Source of the DNA: Deferribacterales bacterium
GTDB lineage: Bacteria; Chrysiogenota; Deferribacteres; Deferribacterales; Geovibrionaceae
DNA: 64,000 bases
Direction: 5' to 3'
NCBI GenBank assembly: GCA_050251945.1
Contig: JBFWLW010000001.1
Location: 224,001-288,000, forward strand
Every line of letters begins with the position of its first letter. Position 1 is the stretch's first letter. The position numbers were made by a program, and so were the translations under genes. Below are positions 56,559-64,000 of the stretch, piece by piece. The notes under the pieces were generated by a model that saw only the letters and a program-made list of their open reading frames with translations, did not search any database and was not told the DNA's origin.

Positions 56559-57277
56559 GCCATTTGCTCGACGTCCGGCTGGATAATTTTGAAGGTCCTC
56601 TCGACCTGCTTATCCACCTGATATATAAGAACGAACTGAATATTTACGACATTCCCATAGCCTTCATTGCCGGACAGTTTGTCGATGCGGTGCAGGAGAT
56701 GGAAAAGATGGATATTGAGATTGCCGCCGAGTTTATAAACATGGCGTCATATCTCATCTATCTGAAATCAAGGATGCTTCTGCCGAAAGAATCTCTGCCT
56801 CTGGAAGAGCTTGATCCGGAAGAGGAAAAATTCATTCTGACACAGAGACTGGTGGAATATTCGTTCTATAAGGACATTGCGCTGAAACTGAGAGAACTTG
56901 AAAATGACTCCGGAAAATATCTTATGAGAGGTTCCGCAATATTCATTGAGCGCGAATCCATACAGACGGAGGATCCATACCGTATCGCGAACGCCTTTTT
57001 CTGCGCGTTGGAAAAAGACGTTGAAAAACCCATGAAGTTTGAAAAAAACATAGTGGATGTATCTGATGTCATTGTGAAGATAAAGGATCTTGTTTATGAA
57101 AAGCAGAAGCTTTTCTGGACTGATATCGTCAAAACCTGCGTAAGCAGACGTGAAGTGGTCATATCCTTCCTTTCAGTTCTGGAACTGATGCGCCTTGCCA
57201 TCATCCGCGCTATGCAGGCTGAAACCTTCGGGGAGATAGTGATAGAGCAAATTCAGCAGGGAACGGCAAATGGATAG
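56555..57277 (+). CDS. scpA: Segregation and condensation protein A
   Basis: FEGPLDLLIHLI, LKSRMLLP, FLSVLEL. Confidence 0.94.
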   Translation: MSHLLDVRLDNFEGPLDLLIHLIYKNELNIYDIPIAFIAGQFVDAVQEMEKMDIEIAAEFINMASYLIYLKSRMLLPKESLPLEELDPEEEKFILTQRLVEYSFYKDIALKLRELENDSGKYLMRGSAIFIERESIQTEDPYRIANAFFCALEKDVEKPMKFEKNIVDVSDVIVKIKDLVYEKQKLFWTDIVKTCVSRREVVISFLSVLELMRLAIIRAMQAETFGEIVIEQIQQGTANG

Positions 57278-57785
57278 AGAAAAGAAAATATTCTACAGCT
57301 CACTGTTTCTGGCAGGCGAACCGCTGGATAATAAATTTTTCCGCAAGATACTCGACCCTATCAACCTCGAAAACAGGCTTCTGGACTATATGGAGCAGTT
57401 TAACGGCATGTCGCTGGGTATGAAGATACGTCAGGTGTCCGGCGGTTTTCAGATGGTCACCGATAAAGAACTCTTCACAGAACTGGAACCTTTCTTCGGT
57501 GAAAAAACAGAGACACTCAGCCGCGCATCGCTTGAAACGGCTGCAATAATAGCCTACAAACAGCCTATCACAAGGCTTGAAATAGACGAGATCAGAGGGG
57601 TTAATTCCTCCGGAACTGTAAGATATCTGCTGGACAAGAACCTTGTAAAGGTTACTGGCAGAAAGGACGTTCCGGGAAAACCTCTGCTCTACAGCACAAC
57701 CAAGTTTTTCCTTGAATATATGGGAATCAACGACATCTCCGAACTGCCGACGTTCAGAGAATGGCAGGAACTTAAAACCAAATAA
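57270..57785 (+). CDS. scpB: Segregation and condensation protein B
   Basis: LETAAIIAYKQPIT, IRGV, PGKPLLYSTT. Confidence 0.94.
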   Translation: MDREKKIFYSSLFLAGEPLDNKFFRKILDPINLENRLLDYMEQFNGMSLGMKIRQVSGGFQMVTDKELFTELEPFFGEKTETLSRASLETAAIIAYKQPITRLEIDEIRGVNSSGTVRYLLDKNLVKVTGRKDVPGKPLLYSTTKFFLEYMGINDISELPTFREWQELKTK

Positions 57786-58471
57786 TGATAAGACTTAACA
57801 AATATTTAGCAGAGAATACATCTCTTTCCAGAAGGGATGCCGACAAAGCTGTTGCGGATGGACGGGTAACCGTTAACGGTGCAGTTGCCGAAGGTCCGTG
57901 GGTACAGGTGGATGAAACCTCCGCTGTAACTCTTGATGGTGAGAAAGTTGGAGTGGAAGACTACTTCTACTGGGCATTTTACAAGCCTGTAAAGATAGTT
58001 ACGGCATATGGCGACGGACAGGGAAAAGAGACTCTGGATGTTTTTCCGAAACTGGCAGAGAAAAAACCGGCATATTCCGGCAGGCTCGATTATGACAGCG
58101 AAGGGCTGATAATTTTCAGCAACGATGGCGATTTCATCAGAAAATTGCAGAAAAGCGATGAAAAGATACAGAAAGAATATATCGTAAGTGTGACAAGACG
58201 TCTGCATCAGGCTCAGATTGATGAGCTGAAACGCGGAATCACATATGAAGGCATAGACTATCTGCCGTGTATCGTCACGGAGACCGAAGAGAGACGCTAT
58301 CGTGTAATTCTTTATGAAGGAAAGAAGCGCCAGATACGCAACATGTTCAGGTATTTCAACATTCAGGTGAAGAGACTGAAACGTGTACGCATCGGTCGTA
58401 TAAACCTCGACGGCATGAAGGCGGGCGAAATGAGGGTGCTTTCACGAAAAGATCTGGAAGGAATGTTATAA
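57785..58471 (+). CDS. RsuA/RluB-family rRNA pseudouridine synthase
   Basis: S4 domain (SRRDAD), GRLD catalytic motif, EGKKRQIR. Confidence 0.9.
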   Translation: MIRLNKYLAENTSLSRRDADKAVADGRVTVNGAVAEGPWVQVDETSAVTLDGEKVGVEDYFYWAFYKPVKIVTAYGDGQGKETLDVFPKLAEKKPAYSGRLDYDSEGLIIFSNDGDFIRKLQKSDEKIQKEYIVSVTRRLHQAQIDELKRGITYEGIDYLPCIVTETEERRYRVILYEGKKRQIRNMFRYFNIQVKRLKRVRIGRINLDGMKAGEMRVLSRKDLEGML

Positions 58472-58833
58472 TGTACAGAGTAAGAGTTATACAGCAATTC
58501 AATGGTGCGCATAACCTGCGGAATTATAACGGAAAATGCGAAAATCTGCATGGACATAACTGGCGTGTCGAAGCCTATCTTCAGGGTGACAGACTGAACG
58601 GAACGGAGATGCTTGTGGACTTCACCGTGCTTAAAAAAAGACTTAAAGACATACTTGAGGAATTAGATCATAAATACTTGAATGAACAGGTTGAATTCTT
58701 TGTTCAGAATAACCCGACAAGCGAAAACATCGCCCGGTTTATATATGGAAGACTTAAAGATACATTCGGAGAACTTACCGAGCGTGTTGTCGTCTGGGAA
58801 ACAGACGTTCAGGCGGCAGAGTACTTTGAATGA
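58471..58833 (+). CDS. queD: 6-carboxytetrahydropterin synthase
   Basis: CENLHGHNW, LDHKYLN, PTSENIA, VWET. Confidence 0.93.
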   Translation: MYRVRVIQQFNGAHNLRNYNGKCENLHGHNWRVEAYLQGDRLNGTEMLVDFTVLKKRLKDILEELDHKYLNEQVEFFVQNNPTSENIARFIYGRLKDTFGELTERVVVWETDVQAAEYFE

Positions 58834-58872
58834 TCCTAAGTTTCAGTTAAAATAATAGAAAAAGGATATCTG

Positions 58873-60285
58873 ATGCTTTTCGGAACAAAAGAGCCGGATA
58901 TTTTTGAAGCCCACAGCCTGTATGTGGAGGGGAAATATGCAAAAGCCCTTCACGCATACGAAGCGTATTATGCTCAAAACAGCGATAGTTTATCCGCTGT
59001 CAGAATGATGTCTAACATCTGTTTCATGGCGGAGGACAGGGAGAAAGGCGAATTACTCCTTATCAAACTTACAGACAGATTCCTTGCCGCAGGGTACTTT
59101 TATGAAGCACTCAGCATCGTTTCAAAACTGATAATAGTATCCTCCGATAAACCGAGGTTTTACAGGCTTGCCCATGACATATATGAAAAAATGGGGCGGC
59201 AGAAACTTGCCGTGCGCTATCTTTTCGCTTTGGCGGATATGTATAAATCTGCAGGGAAATTCAGCGAATGTTCCGTTCTGCTGACAGAAATATTCAGACG
59301 AAACGCTGACGACAGGCGCTTAATAATCAAAGTTTTACGTAAACTTACTGTTCTGGGGTCGTATCAGGAGCTTTCGGATATTTTGGCTGACTGTGTTGAA
59401 AGCCGTGTTTTGAGCGATTTCGAGATTGATGATATGGTAGTCTACCTTCTGGAATCCGGATGCAGAGCTGACCTTGTAATGCCTTTTCTGAAAAGCTTCC
59501 TCAAACGCAACCCGGATAACTTTGAAATGGCGGAAGGAGCAATTACGGCTTATTTCAGCAAAGATTTCAATGCGGATGAATTCAACGAAATCATCGCCTC
59601 GGCACCAGCGGAAGCAACATACGGCATATCCATGGAGATAAAAGAGGCGGTTGCGGACAAAGCAGTTTTAAATCATCTGCTCTATCTTGAATCGCTGAAA
59701 GAGGACAGGAACAGGATAAAAGGGCTGATATGCGAGATGTATCTTGATAATGCGCTTGATATGAGGAGCATAGAAGACATATGCGCAAGATCCGGCTGTG
59801 ACATCGCACTTGAGGAAGCCGGCAAAATGGTGGCTTCGGAATCCCATGCTCAGGAAAAGCCTGCTGTGGAACAGACAGAACCTGTGATTGAAACCTTTGA
59901 ACAGACAGAGGATATCTCGGAATATGAACCGATGAAGCTGGATAGTTTTGTGGCGGACGATGGAGCGCCGACAGTGGACACGGCAATTGATATAGCAGAC
60001 GATTTCGGACTTACGGATCCGGTGCAGAATTCGGACACCTCGTTCAGCGGATTTGAAACTTTTAATTTGGCGGATGAAAAGCATAACAATGACAATGTAT
60101 TCAAAGGTTTTGAGGATATAGATATAGACGCAAAGAATGAAACAGACTATTTTGAAGGTCTGGTTGAAGAGAAAAAAGAGGAAAAGAAAGAGAAGGTTGT
60201 GTCGATAAGTTTTGACGAATCCGACCTGAAACCGTCGTCTGAAAAAAAGACTGACGATTTCTTTTCTCAGGAAATGGAAGGCTGA
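58873..60285 (+). CDS. Hypothetical protein: TPR-like helical N-terminus, acidic low-complexity C-terminus
   Basis: Helical repeats such as GKYAKALHAY, GYFYEAL and GKFSEC; D/E/F-rich tail. Confidence 0.7.
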   Translation: MLFGTKEPDIFEAHSLYVEGKYAKALHAYEAYYAQNSDSLSAVRMMSNICFMAEDREKGELLLIKLTDRFLAAGYFYEALSIVSKLIIVSSDKPRFYRLAHDIYEKMGRQKLAVRYLFALADMYKSAGKFSECSVLLTEIFRRNADDRRLIIKVLRKLTVLGSYQELSDILADCVESRVLSDFEIDDMVVYLLESGCRADLVMPFLKSFLKRNPDNFEMAEGAITAYFSKDFNADEFNEIIASAPAEATYGISMEIKEAVADKAVLNHLLYLESLKEDRNRIKGLICEMYLDNALDMRSIEDICARSGCDIALEEAGKMVASESHAQEKPAVEQTEPVIETFEQTEDISEYEPMKLDSFVADDGAPTVDTAIDIADDFGLTDPVQNSDTSFSGFETFNLADEKHNNDNVFKGFEDIDIDAKNETDYFEGLVEEKKEEKKEKVVSISFDESDLKPSSEKKTDDFFSQEMEG

Positions 60286-60286
60286 C

Positions 60287-62446
60287 GTGAGATTCAGATT
60301 CAGACCCAAACTCTCGGGAACTTCCGGGGCAAACTGGAAAAACAAATACACATACGCTTTTATCCTTGTGACACTGCTGGTGTTCAATATTATGGCATCG
60401 TCCGAAATATTCGATAACGAGTTCCCATGGTATTCAAACATATCCATCTTCCTGTTAGTCAACATAAATATCATCCTGCTAATTGTTGTCTGCATACTTA
60501 TATTCAGAAACCTTGGCAAGCTTTACATAGACCGCAAAAAGAACATCTTCGGCACCAGACTGCAGGGCAGGCTGGTCTCGTTTTCAATAATCATAGCGGT
60601 AATTCCTGTTGTCATTGTTTTTGTGTTCTCCAATAAGGTCATAAACAAAAGTATAGATAAATGGTTTAATTCCCAGATACAGCAGGCACTTGAAAGCTCT
60701 GTCAGCCTTATGCAGAAATATCAGACCCAGCTTGAAAACTATGTCATTGAACAGAGCGACCTGCTGGCGAGCTTTATATCATCCGGCGATTTCGTTTATA
60801 AAAACAACAAAACAAAAATGGAAAAATTCATTAACGGATATATGGAAAAAGACCGCATTGACGGAATTTCCATTTATAACTCCTATAATGAAAAGATATT
60901 GTCCGTTCACAAAAAGAAGGACAGAACCAGAAAGGTTGTCGATAATGATACGATCGACCGCATACTGAACAAAGAGCTGATAGCCAGATACGCAATGGAC
61001 AAGGACAACCAGATATATTGGGTCGGACGCCCGATATATTCGGGAAAGAACACGAACAAAATAATCGGCGCGGTAGTCGTTTATAAAAAAGTGCCTAAGA
61101 ACGAAGCGTCCGATATTGCAAATATTCTCACATCTTACAATACATACAGACAGACCGAGCATTTCGCCAATCCGGTTAAGAACTCGTTCAAGGCTCTTAC
61201 TATGCTGATGACGCTTCTGGTGGTGTTTGCCGCCATTTGGGGCAGTCTCGTGTATGCGAAGAGTATAACACGCCCCATAGAAAACCTTGCGTCTGCGTCG
61301 GCTGCCGTTTCCAAGGGTAATCTTGATGTCGAGGTGGACGTGCAGGGCAACGACGAACTTGCATACCTCGCCCGATCGTTTAACTCCATGATAAAGCGGC
61401 TGAACGCCCACAACACCGAACTGAATCTGAAAAACGAAAAGCTGTCGGAAATGTTCATACAAATAACACGGGACAATCAGTACATTGACTCAATATTCAA
61501 GAACGTTAAATCAGCAATATTCCTTTATACCCATAGCTTTGAACTGCTGAAAAAGAACGATTACGCGGAAACGGTCATAGAATTTGCGAATGAGGCTTTC
61601 CTTTCTTCCGTGCTCACGCCCGCTGCGTCATTTATTGAAACCGAGGAGCGCGAGACCCAGTTCCAGATTGAGATACTGCTGAAAGGTGAACTGCGCACAA
61701 TGACCACCACCATAACCAAGATTTTCAGCCGCGACGGAGAGGTTGACAACCTTGTTATAGTTCTGGACGACATAACCGACCTGATGAACTTCCAGCGCGT
61801 CGGTATCTGGAAAGAGATAGCAACCCGCATCGCACACGAGATAAAAAACCCGCTGACCCCTATAAAGCTCACTGCGGAAAGGATAAGACGAAAGGCATCC
61901 ATGGGGGAGAGCGACAAAGACACCATAATGAACAGCATGGACACCATCATTGCTGAGGTGGAGAGCCTGCAAAGCATGGTGAACGAGTTCAACATGTTTG
62001 CGCGTCTTCCGGAGCTTAAGATGGTGCAGTTCAGTCTTAAGGGGCTTTTTGACGAGATATATGCTTTTTATGCGGCGTCAAAAACTGTCGACTTTGAAAT
62101 AAACTGCCCGGAGATAGGATTTGTGGGCGATAAATCCCAGCTTAAAAGAGTTTTTATCAATCTGATAAATAATTCCATTGACGCTATGAACAGGAAAGGT
62201 AAAATAACCGTGAACGTATCTGAAATCGACGGCATTATCCGCATAGATTACAGAGACAACGGAGAGGGTATCCCTCAGGAAGACGTCACAAGGGTCTTCA
62301 TTCCGTATTTCAGCAAGAAACCGGACGGCACAGGGCTGGGGCTTGCTATTGTTAAGAAAATAATTGAGGTTCACAACGGAAGTATTACCGTTGAGAGCGA
62401 ATACGGACAATACACACGTTTTCTTATGGAGTTTCGCAAGGCTTAA
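60287..62446 (+). CDS. NtrY-like membrane sensor histidine kinase
   Basis: Multiple N-terminal TMs, SIDKWF, HAMP domain, RIAHEIKNPLTPI, GTGLGLAIV. Confidence 0.9.
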   Translation: MRFRFRPKLSGTSGANWKNKYTYAFILVTLLVFNIMASSEIFDNEFPWYSNISIFLLVNINIILLIVVCILIFRNLGKLYIDRKKNIFGTRLQGRLVSFSIIIAVIPVVIVFVFSNKVINKSIDKWFNSQIQQALESSVSLMQKYQTQLENYVIEQSDLLASFISSGDFVYKNNKTKMEKFINGYMEKDRIDGISIYNSYNEKILSVHKKKDRTRKVVDNDTIDRILNKELIARYAMDKDNQIYWVGRPIYSGKNTNKIIGAVVVYKKVPKNEASDIANILTSYNTYRQTEHFANPVKNSFKALTMLMTLLVVFAAIWGSLVYAKSITRPIENLASASAAVSKGNLDVEVDVQGNDELAYLARSFNSMIKRLNAHNTELNLKNEKLSEMFIQITRDNQYIDSIFKNVKSAIFLYTHSFELLKKNDYAETVIEFANEAFLSSVLTPAASFIETEERETQFQIEILLKGELRTMTTTITKIFSRDGEVDNLVIVLDDITDLMNFQRVGIWKEIATRIAHEIKNPLTPIKLTAERIRRKASMGESDKDTIMNSMDTIIAEVESLQSMVNEFNMFARLPELKMVQFSLKGLFDEIYAFYAASKTVDFEINCPEIGFVGDKSQLKRVFINLINNSIDAMNRKGKITVNVSEIDGIIRIDYRDNGEGIPQEDVTRVFIPYFSKKPDGTGLGLAIVKKIIEVHNGSITVESEYGQYTRFLMEFRKA

Positions 62447-62449
62447 ACT

Positions 62450-63820
62450 ATGGCAAGAATACTGATTATTGATGATGAAAAAGGAATATGCACGGCCATT
62501 AAAGATATCCTTGAAGACGAAGGATATGCGGCTGATTACGCACTGACTTTCGCTGACGGTTTTGCTCAGCTTAAAAAATGCGTTTACGACATACTGTTTC
62601 TGGACATCTGGCTTCCCGACAAAGACGGCATAGACGGTCTGCGTGATATTAAAAGCTATTTTCCCGACCTTGAGGTTGTGATAATCAGCGGTCACGGAAA
62701 CATCGAAAACGCCGTTGAGGCAACCCGCAGGGGCGCGTACGACTTCCTCGAAAAACCCTTGTCGCTGGAACGCATACTCCTTATCGTAAAACATCTTACG
62801 GACAAATTCCAGCTTATGCACGACCTGCGTGAAACCAGAAGCGACCTGATCAAAAAATACGACATTATCGGTGTCAGCAGACCCATAAACGAACTTAAAA
62901 AGAAGATCGAAAAGATAGCCCCCACAAACGCTTGGGTTATGATAAACGGTGAAAACGGCACAGGAAAGGAACATGTTGCACGTCTTATCCATATGCTAAG
63001 CCGCAGAGCGAAGGATGCGTTCGTAGAGATAAACTGCGCCGCCATCCCTTCGGAACTGCTGGAAACAGAGATGTTCGGACATGAAAAAGGCTCTTTCACA
63101 GGGGCTGTTGCTCAGAAAATGGGTAAATTTGAAGAAGCGGACAACGGCACCGTATTTCTCGACGAAATAGGCGACATGACGATGCCCTCACAGGCGAAGC
63201 TTCTGCGCGTGCTGGAAAACAACAGCTTCACCCGCGTAGGCGGCAATACGCCCTTTAAATCTGATTTCAGGCTTATAACAGCCACAAATAAGAATCTCGA
63301 AGAGGAGATAGAGGCGGGGAACTTCCGCGAAGACCTCTATTACAGAATAAACGTGGTACCGCTTACCGTTCCGCCTCTGCGCGAACGCAAAGAGGATATA
63401 CCGATACTGATGCAGCATTTCATCCGCGAGGCCTGCTCGCTGAACGGTCTTGAACTGAAAAAGGTCAGCCTTCAACTCATGGAGCTTTTCATGGTTTTTG
63501 AATGGCCGGGGAACGTCCGCCAGCTTAAAAACCTGATAGAACGTATGGTTGTGCTTTCCGAACATGAGACCATGGACGTTGAAGATGCTCCCGATTTCCT
63601 GCGCGCATTGGAAGAGGACAAATACGAGTCCGAGAACGGTGCGGCTCTGCGCAACGCGAAGGAAGGTTTTGAAAAACAGTATATTCTCCAGACACTTCAG
63701 GCGAACGACTGGAACATAAGCCAGTCCGCGAAAATACTTGAGATAGAACGCACCTATCTGCACCGCAAAATTAAAGTGTACGGGCTGGAAAAGTTTAAGC
63801 CTGTCGATGGAAAAGCCTGA
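62450..63820 (+). CDS. NtrX-like sigma54-dependent response regulator
   Basis: Receiver (LDIWLP), GENGTGKE, GSFTGA, WPGNVRQL, Fis-type HTH. Confidence 0.92.
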   Translation: MARILIIDDEKGICTAIKDILEDEGYAADYALTFADGFAQLKKCVYDILFLDIWLPDKDGIDGLRDIKSYFPDLEVVIISGHGNIENAVEATRRGAYDFLEKPLSLERILLIVKHLTDKFQLMHDLRETRSDLIKKYDIIGVSRPINELKKKIEKIAPTNAWVMINGENGTGKEHVARLIHMLSRRAKDAFVEINCAAIPSELLETEMFGHEKGSFTGAVAQKMGKFEEADNGTVFLDEIGDMTMPSQAKLLRVLENNSFTRVGGNTPFKSDFRLITATNKNLEEEIEAGNFREDLYYRINVVPLTVPPLRERKEDIPILMQHFIREACSLNGLELKKVSLQLMELFMVFEWPGNVRQLKNLIERMVVLSEHETMDVEDAPDFLRALEEDKYESENGAALRNAKEGFEKQYILQTLQANDWNISQSAKILEIERTYLHRKIKVYGLEKFKPVDGKA

Positions 63821-64000
63821 TGGGTAAATATCTTATGGGTTCGGTTCTGGTGGCGCTGATAGCGTTTCTGTTTGTAAACTACGCCCTTAAAAATTCAGAA
63901 ATTTCAAAAAAGATAGACGAAGCAACCGACGTTCCGTCAGGAGAGTTTAGCTCGATAGACATAAAAGAGAACTCCGACGGCACATATGCGCTGGAACTTT
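63820..64000 (+). CDS. Partial ORF with N-terminal TM segment, runs off the window
   Basis: ATG overlaps the upstream TGA; MGKYLMGSVLVALIAFLFVNY... stays open to the end. Confidence 0.6.
   Translation, partial: MGKYLMGSVLVALIAFLFVNYALKNSEISKKIDEATDVPSGEFSSIDIKENSDGTYALEL

Noticed and set aside
59668..62992. Antisense ORFs of 283, 227 and 304 aa opposite the kinase/regulator region
   Set aside because: They fully overlap confident + strand genes and show no domain features.
1..64000. Sigma54 (-24/-12) promoters, prophage, defence systems, transposases
   Set aside because: I saw no convincing TGGCAC-N5-TTGC in the intergenic regions and no ORF with integrase, transposase, phage or defence motifs. 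This was by eye, not a computed scan.

Overview
Gene-dense, almost entirely + strand stretch of core bacterial chromosome from a Gram-negative anaerobe. The gene order resembles deltaproteobacteria or Deferribacterota; the taxon is inferred, not shown. In order it carries: kdsD-kdsC-lptCAB-rpoN-hpf-ptsN-hprK-rapZ plus a complete mannose-type PTS (IIA, IIB, IIC, IID, HPr, EI); pgsA-DUF362-plsY-ribD-ribE-ribBA-ribH-nusB; tldD, yhaM-like, aroE, pilT; a minus-strand marR-tolC pair (the ORF track mislabels tolC as +); LOG, PHP and iorAB genes; rimP-nusA-ylxR-infB-rbfA-truB-rpsO-pnp; M16 peptidase, dut, glgP; pgeF-yggS-yggT-K+ channel-yacL-ispD; an hxlR/oxidoreductase pair; trpS-scpAB-rluB-queD; and an ntrY/ntrX-like two-component system. 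I found no tRNA, rRNA, CRISPR array or transposase. The most notable non-coding signal is a family of three MITE-like elements (141, 184 and 141 bp). They have IS1182-like terminal inverted repeats, sit at intrinsic terminators, are flanked by duplications of the whole terminator hairpin, and contain an inverted pair of REP/RPE-like palindromes with variable loop content. Also notable: a probable catalytically dead HD-GYP-like protein, a 12-unit R/D/Q/G/P/Y repeat in IF2, a structured RNA candidate between infB and rbfA, and a probably leaderless marR.
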